Shown: piece by piece, positions 14,701 through 28,078 of the stretch | How the letters are laid out: each line of letters opens with the position of its first letter | How positions within the stretch are numbered: position 1 is the stretch's first letter | The notes under the pieces: model-generated | Told to the model about the DNA's origin: nothing | Seen by the model: the letters and a program-made list of their open reading frames with translations, nothing else | Database searches by the model: none | Position numbers and translations under genes: made by a program | NCBI GenBank assembly: GCA_040954595.2 | Contig: CM082595.2 | Location: 3,457,943 to 3,521,942, forward strand | Source of the DNA: Balanoglossus misakiensis | Taxonomy: Eukaryota; Animalia; Hemichordata | Direction of reading: 5' to 3' | Length of the DNA: 64,000 bases

Positions 14701-17399
14701 CAGGCGTGTTGTTGCCATGGTGAACGGTCCAGACGCGCGTTCAGAAGCCAAAACGAGTTGGGTATAGCACGTTCGAAGAGGGTGTCCAAAACTGAAATCA
14801 CAGTAACAAGACTTCTGTCTCGGTAAATACTCTTGTTTTACTGGGAGATAATGAAGGTGTGAAACCCTGCTTAGGGTAAGACGTTCGTTCATTAGGATAC
14901 CGTTGTTAAAATTCGCCCCAGAATCTCGTTTCGAAATCTTGCTAATTGGCTAGCCGAATTGACTTGCAAAACCTGCCCCTTCGCCTTTCTTGCTGGTAAT
15001 TTTCCATTACCTTACAGCGCTGGCCAATCATTTGATTGATTGTCGCATTTGACACACCATTCCAGTACGCTGGCATCTATGATCGAAAGAATTACGAAAG
15101 GGGGAGTCGCAATTCGATTGCTGGTCACGTCTGTCAAACTAAGTAGGATACCTTTAAGTTGGTGTCAACATTTTATTTGGTGAGGTCGTTCCTTGCACGC
15201 TGCTTTTGTCAAAGGAACGAAGCTGATAATGAGAAATGGTCCGATGTTATTGTCGTGCGAAGAATACGCGAGTTAACGAGATAAGGCGTTGAATAATAAC
15301 TGCAATAGTTTCTGAAGCGAGACTGTCCATAACAAAATAAACCCACTGATCGCCGTAAGGATTATTACTGCGTCGGTATGCGTAGTTAAGACAAATCGTT
15401 ATTGAACCAAATGCGCCAGTGGGGACAATCACTGTAGTATAGCATAAGTTGACCTGCTTTATTGTAAAATAAAACTATTTTTCAAGTAAACTAACTCTAC
15501 AATATACTAGTATTTGAGATATATGTAAATAATTATGCGATTTCCTAATATGTGTTGTACTATTATAAGAATGTAATAAATATTTTGCATGATATATAAT
15601 GAAAGTCGGTGAAACAATAATAGCTTTGATTTATATAAATAACTGTTTACTTTTTTAAGGATTATTATCTGCAAAATCAAATGATGTCCACCTAAGTTTA
15701 CACATTTTTCTATTTTAATTTATATATTTAACATAGGAAGTACTGAATTAAGCTTTCCTTGTAAGGGACAACAGAGGGTAAGTGATATTTTAAAAGAATC
15801 GCGTGAGAGGCTTTCGGATTTGCGCAACCTTCTTGACACTAATGGCCACCAACTCAGTTTGCCAAGGTTATTATGCTTTGCTGTCATTTCATTCGTGAAA
15901 TTGAAATCGTAGAAAAAGACTAGATTATTGTCCTGAATGTAAGGGGGTCAGGGGTCACGTTGACCTCATCATCTGCCTAATAGCTACTTCCCACCAGACG
16001 ACAGGAAACTGGTGGTATAAGGGCGCGGTGGCTGTGAATCGTATACGTGTAGCCTATAGTGCGTAATTGGTGACAATTACTGACAAATAATTGCTCTCAA
16101 CGCAGCCGCGGTATAGATTGAGTGCCTTGGCTTTTAGTGACTGCGCAACCGATGTACAGACAAAAGGGTTCAACTTACAAACTTCATGCATGACTATCTA
16201 CGACTATACACGAAAATCCACAGAAAAGCTGAGAACAAGACAGTTCCAATATCATGAGCGGATGAAGTGGTACATGAATTTGGTTAGATTCCAACGAAAG
16301 CTGATATATATGTTCGCGTGTGACAATTGTCACTACATGTAATATCTATCGCTTGTTTTAGCCACTTCCAATGGTGCAATCATGAATATTAAATGCCAAC
16401 ATATATTTGCAAACCAACAAACCCAGATATATCGGCCTTGTATGTGTCTGACTGATGGGAAAATAATTTCCCAGGCGGTATTTTGTCATATCACATGATA
16501 TCTATTAATTAGAATGACTTTTATGTGGGGTCTAGTGTACAGAGATACAATTTGTTTAGGCCTACATTAATAAGAATCCGGTCAATGTGCCTTCTGTTCA
16601 TTCTTTGTGTACACTAATGACAAATGCTAGCTGACACTATGTTTCCTTTTGGGATCTGTCTAACCAATTACGGAGCAAAAGAAGAAAACGATTTGTCACG
16701 AAATCAAAATCAAACCAAATCAGTCGTGCTTGTGAATGCAAGGCACCACTGCTATTCTCGTGGGCCGACTGCGTGATATCCGGGGACAATATTTCATCAC
16801 TTTTTTTCTCGGAAGAAATGATTCAACACAGAGAAGAAGAATCCGTGTGCAGATACCCATCGATCATTCTGCGCAGAGCTTGTGAATATAATGATTTACT
16901 GACAGACATGGCCGCCCACGTTTTCACTAACTAATACACGTACATTGTTAGCGATCGGCGGTGAATAAAACAACAACGCATGCTTCAAATTCAACTAAAG
17001 ATATGAAAATTATAATCTAAGCAAAATAGCGTTTTCCAACGGGTTCAAAAACATCATTCCCGATCTCTGGCCATTAGCAATATTGAAAAAATTCAAGAAG
17101 AGATCAATTTCTTTGCTTCCCAAAATGATATTGAACTTTTCCCCAAAACATCAGTAATGATTTTTATGACAAGGGAACACTTGTACGGAAGAAATATGAT
17201 GCTTTCCTGCAAGCTTAGTGAACTGACTCAGCGGCAAGCCTCGTGGCGCAGAGGGACTATTCTTAATGAATGCGTCAGTGGTTTAAACATCATATATGCC
17301 AAATATAGTGTGAAATATTGCAATACAAGTAATAAGTTTCCCTATTGAATAAGCTCTTATCACTATCGACGACTTAGCGTAGAATTTATCACAGCGAGT

Positions 17400-17601
17400 A
17401 TCAGATATCCGCGGCGTGCGTGCGTGGTGCCCTCGGTTCACGAAGCATTATGCGGTGCTCGGAGCATGCGCGGTATATCCTTCGGAGATTTCCAAGCAGA
17501 CAAGGATTTGATGCGCCGCAGCCTTTGATCAGTGCGTGTGTAGGCAGACGTTAGGAGAGCTGAAGACTGTTGCCAATCTGTCGATTTGTGAGCAAAGCAT
17601 G
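17400..17601 (+). other. Candidate alternative first exon ending in ATG (5' boundary approximate)
   Basis: CpG-rich segment ending agcATG|GTAAGT, a perfect donor. ATG 17599-17601 has A at -3 and is phase 0, matching the acceptor at 27803. Confidence 0.5.
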
Positions 17602-20600
17602 GTAAGTGCGTCAATGCTACTGTCTTAGAGTCGTCCTATTTCAGCCAATCTGGCAGAAGTGTGTGATCTGTCTAGTCTTACGAATAACAATCAGTCCTGC
17701 CCAGACTCTAAAGAACCAATTGTTATTTTCACCTTAGAAACGACGGCCACTGCGGCCGTTCGTCTGAATCCCCACGACAAGCACAGCTTCAAAAATGATA
17801 CTTCTATGACATAAAATCGTTCATGATACAACTCCGTTTTTTGCGGACTACTGCCGAGGGGGTTTGGACACAGTAAACATGACCGCGTTGATAATTGGAA
17901 ACATAAGATCTGTCATAATAGAAATGCTGTCATTCGTCAGACCGGTTAGTTAGGAACACGAAAGGGCAAGTAGGGTCAGGTTTGGCGTTTTCGTTTTTTC
18001 TCTCCCAAACTTTAACCCAAGGTTTTGTTCAGATAACCTCAACATTGGGTCTTAAACGTGATGTCACCCAGTAAATCTTTAAATGGTTAAATGTATTTAT
18101 TTATTTTGAAAAAGGAGAGATGAAATCCTTATCAATAAGTGTTAACATCACTAGATAGCAGTCTTTGATAATAATGTTATCTAGAAATCGGTGGTTGAAA
18201 TGAAAATTGTATGCCCAATCCGTATGTGTAGGTAATGCGGCTTCGTAGCTCTATACGTTCTGATCCAACATATGTCAGGGACTTCCAAAAAATCACAAGG
18301 GTGCTTGCAGCGACGTTCATTTTTTGCGCTCGTGTTCGACTCTCACCCGATTTTATAGTTTCTATCGCCTACATTATGGTTTCATCTAATTTTCATGCGG
18401 TGCTAAGCTCATATCTTAATATTATTGCGTGTGAGTGCAAGTGATGATTAATCGTTGTGGTAGTATTATTAATGTGTTCTGTCTGCGACAGCTGCTGAAC
18501 ACATGCAAAGTTCCTGACTATAGTGTCATTGACGGAAAATGTTACCGCAGACGAAAATTTTATATTCTGTATTTTCGGACACTTGTTATTGTGTGTACAA
18601 GGGCTTGCGTACTTGCTTCGCACTGGCACGACAATGGTGTTTTTTCGCGACTCACAATAACAAGTGAAAATGCCATGGAAAAACATCGCCAGTATAAAAA
18701 ATACCCGGGTTATTTCTACCTGAGAGATCAGACGTGGGATTATGTATCTAACGAACCATGAAACAGCCCGAGCCTTTCTGCGACAGAAACTAATTCTTTC
18801 CGCGTCGTACATCGTGTCGCCATTTTCTTGTCAAAAACAATGCCTCTAAGCATCTTGAAAAGATCATTGCATTTATGGCTATTACGCGAATGATGAAGAA
18901 CGGTCTCAAGTTTCATGTATATTTAAAATGGGAAGTCTTGTATAATAGGGTTTACACAGAGATTAATACTAAAATACATAGATAACGTCATTCACTGACT
19001 ATCTTAGCCCCTGGCAGTTTTTGTGATATCGCTTTTAGTTGGTACATCTTATGAATATATTATGGGATATGTGTTTTCCCCTAGAGCCCTTCTTATGATA
19101 AACTAGGCAAGGCAACATACGATGTTCCATCTAACTATGACATGAGTATCAGGAAATCTGGCACCACTAGCACTATGTGAAACACTCCCGTGTTCCAGAT
19201 GGTCATTACTGTCCACCTAACATGCGCGGTGTAGCTTGTTTCCTTCATGTCCATTAAATCGCCAGTGTATGTTGCTGCTTATGATCTACAAAGAGATATA
19301 TGTATTTCTCAACATGTTGCCGCTACCCTTGTTGGTTTTTCATGCGTGTGATATTATTTTGGGCGCCATAAATATAAATCAGTCGGGATTAAAGCCCGTC
19401 AGCAAGTGATCAGAGTAAAACGCGTCACAAGATCATTTGTTGATAACTGCTCTTTTTTAAATACCACGGGTCAATCTTATGCTAGTGAACAACTGTACTA
19501 TGATAAAAAAAATAAAGAATAATGTGGAAAAATTACATTTTATGATAAAAAATTGTTCCTGGCTACGATAACTGATAAAAGATGTTTTATATTATAGATG
19601 TGCTGCTAAATAAACAAAAACATGTTATCCCTTTCAACATGTTTTCGTTTTACGCTGGAAGGTCAAACGTCAATCTTTTCCCTTGTTTCCGTTTAACCTT
19701 TCAAAACCATTACATGGGTAAATGGACAATTTCAATCTCTTCGTTTACGCGTACTGTTAACAACCCACTTGCCTTTCCGGGTTCGGAGTATTAACGTATT
19801 GTTTACCCCCACGCTAGGCATAATACAGGTCATTAGCAATACATATACGGGTCTGTCACCGACAGTGCTAAAATTTCTGCTAAAGTCCACAGAGAAACGC
19901 CCCCTAGATGGCAGATAACAAATGGCTCCATGCATGAAGTAGGACCCTAATGAAAGATGGATGGTCTGAGTCATAACAAACTACGAACAACCTACACCTG
20001 CCTACTAGCCAACACTGATTGCTTTTAACATGACCCTTTTTTCTTCAAATATTCATAAACGATACCATGACAATGGAGAGAAACAGTATTTTTCTCAATC
20101 ATCTCATTTACGTCATCACTTGCCATTTCTTACGTGCGCACGCATCGAAAGCGAGACCTCTAGATACACATAGCTCGACATCCTAGTAATGAAGGGCGTG
20201 TATAGGTAACCTCCGTACAAACATAGGTACACGCCAGTGCAAACGGAAAGTGATAGGAAAATCACACAGAGAGCGAGACAGAAACGATTGCGTAAGATTC
20301 AAATTTCCAACTCATTATATGAAAGTCTATACAATATGGTTCCCTAGTGTCCACTCATAATTGCCCTTGAAGCGATCATCTCGGAGGCAATATGTGAGAG
20401 ACACCCGTACCTTGGTGACGTTCAATTAGTGGCTTTCTCGATTCAACCAAGGAGACTCTGACCTCGACAGCATTGACTCTGTCTCCGTACACAGTTGGAC
20501 AACATCTGCAACCCTGTTACTCAACAAACACACCGCCACAGGCTGTGGGTTTTGAAATTGCAACTGTATTGAGAAACGAATTTGCGTAGAACCCTTTTCA

Positions 20601-23600
20601 GTACGCATTCGGCTAGAAATTTATCTGAATATGCATGCGTTGGTCTTGGAATTCGGCAATTTTATTTTTCACTTTGTTGAAAAACTACAGCAAAATGACA
20701 TTGTATAACACCGCCGTATGGTATCAAAAGAGACTTACATTACATGTCTCAGGCGATTAACCCGAAGGGAGAATGCATGCATGAAGCCTTTGATATTCCC
20801 AGAAAACCTAATGAATCTAAGCCGAAATCTATTACCGATTGGATATTTGTCCTCAAATTGGCGTAATAACCAGTCTGCTAACATAGTGTGTATTAGTGGG
20901 CACTATTCATGGCGTGGTATTTAATCTAGATATCAGTTTTAATAATTCTACAAAGAGTTACCGGGCCATCTGTTCGGCGCCATTTTCATGATATCAGCCG
21001 CGGGGAGGTTTCTGTGTAAGCATGCCTTCGTAAGATTCATCTATATTCAACATCGATGTGAAAATCATCAAAATGGTTCGGCTATAGGCACATTCAGAGA
21101 TAAGGCTACATAGAAAGAATCCATACATTGTGTTTTACTCTGGTCGGGCATGTAAATAATCGACTCAGCGAGAGTGAACATCTAATATTCGATGGCAGCT
21201 GAAAAATAAGGACAGATTGCAGTTATCCCCTTACTGTAATATTATTGTGTTGGACAAGACAGTGCCATCTGCGTAGAATTTAAATATGTTTTTCTCTAAA
21301 GACATAGATCGATGTACATATACGCTTGCATCGCATCGATGGCGTGGATGTCGATATAAATCGTTACGCGGTTCACCGAGTCGACATCGTAGATAAAGTT
21401 TGAACAGAATTTACAAAAATAACCCTGCGTGAAATATTATGTTTGCAACAATATATCATTAAAGATACACTGCTTCAGCCCCCCTCCCCCCCTCTTTTCT
21501 CGCTCGCTCTTCGTATTTTGCTGACTACTACAATGATCATTACATGTACTTTGAGCATTGAAACCCCGGGGACCTTAACTATCACAATGCATGCTAATTA
21601 CGGGCGTGTTTGGATATATCGTTCATTTAAGGCCGGCTTTTGCGACGCAATCAGGATCGGGCATTTATGGATCATTTAAGAATGACAAAGGCGTACAAGC
21701 AACTTTACCAGTCAATGGTATTAATGCATTGTTAATAACCTGTTATTCAATTAGTGGTTGAGTGATCAGGCAAAGATGGCCCTTTATACGGAATCTTCTC
21801 GGTTTTATGTTCTAACTTGTATCTTTTATGTTTAATTCAAGCAAACTCTGTACCTGAACCAATACTGTCGCTTTCTTACATACCCATGTCTTTACCCTAC
21901 TAATAACGTCCTATACAAGGTAGCTACATAATAAATACCACGATCTTGCGCAAACTCTATCTTATTAAATCTTCAGTCGACTCTAACTGTACGCCCGTCA
22001 CTTTGTATTCATTCCCATTGGTGCAGTGAATTATTACGAGAGTGACTTGCGCCTCGGACTTATGCCTTCGCGTTTTAACCTTCTGTCCGGAGGATTGGCT
22101 GAGAAACGTTTGATGGCAAAACCTTCACACCCAGGGTACTTAATACGTGGGCATACAATGTGCCTAGGGTAACGGTAAACATGGATGAGGTGACCTTTAC
22201 AACAGCGGTGATATGGGCAAAACTGTAAATGCTTCAACACACTCTTGAGTGTAATTTGTATACGCTCGCAATCCGAGGGAGTTTACAAACGCTAGGTTTA
22301 GGGTTCTAGTTGCACATAACTGGACAGAAATACATTGAGGTTCGCGGTAAGGGGGACAAAACTGTCTAAGTCCTTCCAGGGCTGCAACGACGCCTTTCCG
22401 CGGGTAGATGGTTTAATCAGAGATAGAGATACATATACTTCCACGCACGTAAAACGGGGCAATAATCATTTCCTGTCGGGCAAATTATTAGAAGATGATA
22501 CAGGAAATTTCTCCTGCTAACTAGGGGTCCACGGTTGCCAGGCCAACCGCTCACAAAAGCTTTTATTTTTTTTAGAAACTCAGAGGATTCACTGCGTCTG
22601 TGTCGATTCCCACAGAAGATATATTTTCCTTCTGCTACAGTGTCAAAGATCACTGGCGCATATGATCTTAAGCACTATAGCTGAGCTGTGTCATCTTCCA
22701 TTTATCATAACCCTTTTGTGGGGTCGTGCAAAGCTTTAATTGTGCGCCTTAAAAGAGTCTCCGTATCTGTGTTGCTTTTAGTGGGGGGGGGGGGCTAACA
22801 AGGGGTCAATCGAAGCATGCACAATTTACTTTCACGTTCATTTGGTTCTGAAAATATGGGAACCACTCGGTAAATATTGGCGTGAGATAGAGATATCGAA
22901 ACCACACAAGTTCTTATTCAATGTAATCACAAATTTACTAATATTTAAAGGTCAAGATGGCAGTTTAACCAATTGAAATTATTTCAATATAAAGGGTTTG
23001 TAACCATTCTACCTGAAAATGACAGTATAATATATTTTTTTCATTAAACATTTAAGATGTTTATCTTTAGTTATAACATTGAGCATAGAAGAAGATATTA
23101 CAAATCTGCTTAAGTGGTGAGGGTTTTTTCCGACCTTTTTCCTAGCGAGTACTTAAAAACATTCTCGACTTGCAAATTGATTTCCTCCATGCCCCTAACA
23201 GGACTCTAATGAGTGCCTATAGGGCAGACTGGCTCCATGCAAGCGGCTAATTTACTTTCTTTTCTGTTATCGAGTCAGCAGCGTTGCAGTATACTAGAAT
23301 GCGACAACGGTTTTCTAGAAGGGGGGGGCGTCACTTCTGTTCTTTCGAGATTGTTCCCGTATATTTAACAGTGCGTTGTTCTTTCCAGGGTTAAAATCAT
23401 CCCATCCCTGGAAAAGTAAGCTTAATTACGCGCGCTGCGTCGATCCCCAGTTCTTCGCGTGCAATTTCATCTCCCAGTATCCCGCCGCGAATACCCAGCT
23501 TGACATTTCAGTAGAGTCTAGGATTATAATGGTTTTCTTTCTGGAGGGTACACGGATACCGTGTGTAGTTTCAGATTTATCTGATCTAAAAAGTACCTGA

Positions 23601-23773
23601 CAATGAGGTCTTCTGTCACGGGAATTGGGAACACGTAAACTAGCTTCCGTACGTCACATTCGTTGTAAACTTTCATATCCACGATTCTATACATAAGCGT
23701 AGACATAACGCGTGTCTACAGAACCCCTTGACGCGTCGGGTCCCGGATGTGATGTTGCCAATTCATCAAAGCC

Positions 23774-23836
23774 ATGAAACCAGAGCGCGCGACATCACTA
23801 TTGCGCAATTTCCTGTCTTCGACAGAGAAAGCAAAG
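23774..23836 (+). CDS. Candidate alternative first coding exon (MKPERATSLLRNFLSSTEKAK) of small plus-strand gene
   Basis: gccATG in a CpG-rich patch, 21 open codons, ends AAG|GTGAGA in phase 0, in frame with exon 27803. Confidence 0.5.
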
Positions 23837-26800
23837 GTGAGACTTTCAACCCGGATCGTTACGGCGATGCGTGGTCGTGACCGCACTTTGAAAATAAGGG
23901 CAACAGCAAATATGGTTAGGAGTAATGACGTTCGCTGAACAGACGTTTTAGAATTGAACTCACAACAGTGGCACGGCTCTGGCCAAGTGGCGAAGCTTTG
24001 TCAACACTGACCCTGCGCAATTGCTTTCAGCTACTTTGATTTTATTTTTAGCCGTCATGATCTCAGAAAAAGGCATAATAAGGTTTCTACAAAAGTCGTG
24101 ACTGTCCATTTGCCCTTGTTTCACAATCTTACTGTAATGACCTCTACTTGAATCCGTCTGCTGAGACAGTCTGTCCATATAAACCATTCTCACATATATT
24201 TGACACACTGCAGTTGATGTTTGGTCAACATACGTGCTATGGACAGGTTACCCAGGTTACCTAGAGAGCCGTGACCCCTCCCCCGCGACGCTATCACTAA
24301 TGCAGTAATCTTAAATGCGATAGTCCCCCTCCCCAGCAAGATCCGCAGATAAGAACTTAAATACTTGTTCCAGTTGTTTTGTGCGTCAGAGTTAATACGA
24401 GCAGGATTCGGTCAATTAAGTACACGGCGTATAGTTACAACGGTTGGTCACTGAATTGACCTTGAACATTCGTATATCATCAGACTACAAGGACACCTGA
24501 CTGTGATAATTTTAACCCCACCCATCCCCAATAAAACGGTCTTGGTATATAGCAACTAACGATTCCTTAATTGGCTCAAGTGATAGCCTTCATCTCCCTT
24601 CATGCTAAGTAATTGTTCGCGAACCAGCCATGCCGCTGGCATGTTCTACATCATTTACCATCCAGTCTCATCCTCGAGAGCCAACCTGGATCTTTAAAGG
24701 GATTTCTCCGCATCTGCATAATGATGTTAAATGCTCATTTAGTAAATCTGCGCGTACTTTAGGAAGAGAGTTTAATAATCATAAATGTACGATTACCATA
24801 TTTCACACAAATGTCATATTTGTTCTGTGCAGCCATTTTACATGGTGCAGGATATGTAGAAATTAGAAATGATTATGCTAATTTTATATTTGAATATTAC
24901 TATTGCGATATTTTATCAGGCCAGTTGCATGCATTGCAAATCGTTTTCACTAGTAATTTGACAAACCAATGGACAGAAGATCTTGTGGAGATACGCCATT
25001 GCCAAAATGGCACGGGTCAGGTGTAATGTCTTATTATTAATCTATCTGTTGATATTAAAATTTGGGGAATTTTATAATGGCGGATGTTGTCTGAAATTTT
25101 ACGTGGTGTGCCACGGCATAGTTTCGAATGAGTGAACTCTGCCCAGATCATCGTCTCTCCGTTGGAAATATTTCGCATAAACCGTGGGGACTCTAATAAT
25201 AGACATTCGCCTGTGATGACTGAAAGGGCAACCTATAAACGCATTGTTGGGAATATCAGAACGGATTTGAAAGACTTGTCTGGTTCGAATTCTTCGCCAC
25301 ATCGAACGCTTTGAGGGAAGCCATACAGTGGCAGTTATATGCAATGGTGGGGAACGTGCTTGATTGTCATTATATTATTGCGTTTTGTGCGGCTCAGCTG
25401 AATGCTACAAAATGATGAATTATTAGTTAGGGGTTACGAGATTATGGAATTCCTAAATGTCAGGATAGTAAGATTAAACCAAATTTTACTGCCGAAGCCA
25501 GATGACTGTCTTTGTCGTACTGTTTACCGAGCGTACAACCTACGCTCGACACAGCGGTGTTTAAATTAATTTCGTCCCGGCAATATGTGTGGGATCTCGC
25601 GATGGAAGTATGTATAACTGCCTAGTGTGTACAGTTTATTTGTAATTCTGCTCAGGGGATGTCGGATTTTGCGGTGTACTCAACACAAGTCGGTTTTGGA
25701 GTAAACCACGCATGGCAAATCAGATACGCTCTGTCTGACTGAAGCCATCGATAATATCGGTTATGTGGCCTGTGAAATTCACCGCAGCGTTGAAACTTTC
25801 ATTGTGGATACATGTTTATTTACCGCGATGAAATTGGTCAAAGAAACCCTGATTACAACTGCAAACCGGAGATTATTAACAACAGGAAATGCCAGCAATT
25901 GGTTCAGCTGTTAAACAATTTTTCCAATCAGGTGTGACGCCCGTGTTGAAGAGTAGAAGTCGTTCTGATTTTCGATAGAAAGTAGACACGGGTCTGCATT
26001 TGAATTTATGGGCCTGAAACTCATGGACCATGAAAATTCTGTCGCCGGTACCGCAAAATAAATAACGAGGGAGCGTTGTCGGGACCGCAAAATATAAGAA
26101 AGGGTTTAAGACATTGATTTTCGAGGTGCGTACTACTTTAACGCCACATTTCCTGTAATTTCATTCTATAAACTACTCCGCGATGTGAACCGGTGCAATT
26201 ATGTCTACTAATAATCTTCGTATGAATCACTGACAACTCGTTGATAGGCACATACTTCCGCGTCTTACAAAATGTCCCCTTCCATTAGATTGAAAGTGAA
26301 TGGGGAGTTTTGGGGAAAATAAGACAGGCAGTTTTGGCATTTCTTTTATGAAACGATTGGCAATAAATGTAGGTATTTGAGTTTTCTACGATAAGTAGGT
26401 TTCCTGCTGTTACTGTAGTATGCGTCAACCTAAACGGCTGTTACGCCTGCAGTGCGAAGGTTTAAGCATCTTTGTCTATCTGTCAGTATACGTCATAAGC
26501 AACGACCTAGCGTTTTCACATTTTTTCACGGTCCAAAGAAAAACTGCTGCCTCACTGCAGGCGTGATTTTTGTTCAGCCATTATGGGTGACTGTTCTTTA
26601 TTCCAGTGCCCAATTCAGTTGGTGCAAGAATTTGAATAATGATGCACAACCACGCGATTTCTCGTGGCATTGCTCTGTGCAACTCATTTAGTCCCTTTTC
26701 CTGTGAGAGTCAGCAAAAACAATGCATTACTTGGTGAACATAGACTGAAGAGAAAGAAATGTACTTCTGATCGGAAGCGGGGGCGGCAAGTCTGTTACAG

Positions 26801-27802
26801 AATTCCTCGCAGACGAATAACTCAAGGAGTTCGCGATCCCTTTGCAGTCTGCATTTCACTTCTACGTGCAGCTACATATCGCAGAAACATCTAACCAGCC
26901 GCGAAAAATTGCTCTCATTAGAACAGTTCCGTTCCACCGTATTGAAAATCCACTCACCCAAAACGCATTAAACGGGAATTGTTTATGACACACAGCACGA
27001 GTCGAAGCTGCATTTCAAGTAGGGACAAGTATCGACCCGGCGTTGCTTTAAATCACCTGATATACTAGATTAATTATACGAGTCAGCCAGGTGAGATTGA
27101 CTCGATAATTTACTGTTTTCCTCGCTGATCGATATCAATCAAGTTTATCTGCCGACTGATCGACTGTAGCATCCAGTTAGTATCAATCAAAATTTCTGTC
27201 GCTTGGTTAGTAGAGCAGTCAGTCCTTGTTAACGTCTCACCTCACGTATCGGTCAAAGGTCAAATCAGAACATCCGTATACATATATGTATTGATTGGGA
27301 ACGGATGTATACAAGATTCGATTTTAGCTTTTTTCCCTCAAGTTATATTTGTACTCGGAAAATCACACCGCATTCAAGTTTGAAAATGCAAGGATGGGAA
27401 ATCAGATGGTGCATGGAAAATAAAGATCTTGTTGTCGCTATATGAAAAGACATCATGCAAATCTGACGACGGTGTACCATCGCATATCGAGAGTTGATGT
27501 GGTGTTTGCAATTATATTTAACGAGCGCTAAGAAAAATCAATAAAATCATGGTTCTTGTTGTCGTATCTACTATCTTTTTCAGCACAAAAGCGGAAAGAA
27601 ATCGCCCTCCGACCAAAAGTACCATCATGACAGAATATCACTTATGTTACGCTCACTACAGTGATTTTAGCATGTTTTTGTAAAGTTGTGTATTATGAAC
27701 GAGACCATTGAAGGATAATACGTGACTTTAGATAAAAAATCTGAAATGTTTGTATATAGTACACTCTTATTGTTTTTTGTTTTTTTTTCTTGTGACTGAC
27801 AG

Positions 27803-28078
27803 ATGTTGACGTCAGTGGTTTCGGCAACTCGTCGCTCTTCCTGGCACACCACGGTGTCGCCATCAATAGGGCCTTTCAACGGCAAAAACAGCGGGAAACA
27901 GAAGTCGCCGGCGAGATGTTCCCAGAAGAAAGGTTACTGGTCCCGGTCAACGGAAAGGGAAGGCGACGAGAAAAAGTGCGAGGAGGAGGAAGCCCCGAGA
28001 GTTCGATGTGTTTACATCGGCGATAATTATAAGGAAACGCAGGATGAGGTAATTTCATACTGCGCGCGGCGTTGCTAG
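27803..28078 (+). CDS. Small protein of unknown function (91-aa ORF; shared exon 27803-28048 if the GAG|GTAATT donor is used)
   Basis: Long U-rich tract plus ctgac-AG acceptor directly before ATG; GC/purine-rich, coding-like composition against an AT-rich background; 246-nt phase-0/phase-0 exon. No family recognised with confidence. Confidence 0.55.
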   Translation: MLTSVVSATRRSSWHTTVSPSIGPFNGKNSGKQKSPARCSQKKGYWSRSTEREGDEKKCEEEEAPRVRCVYIGDNYKETQDEVISYCARRC

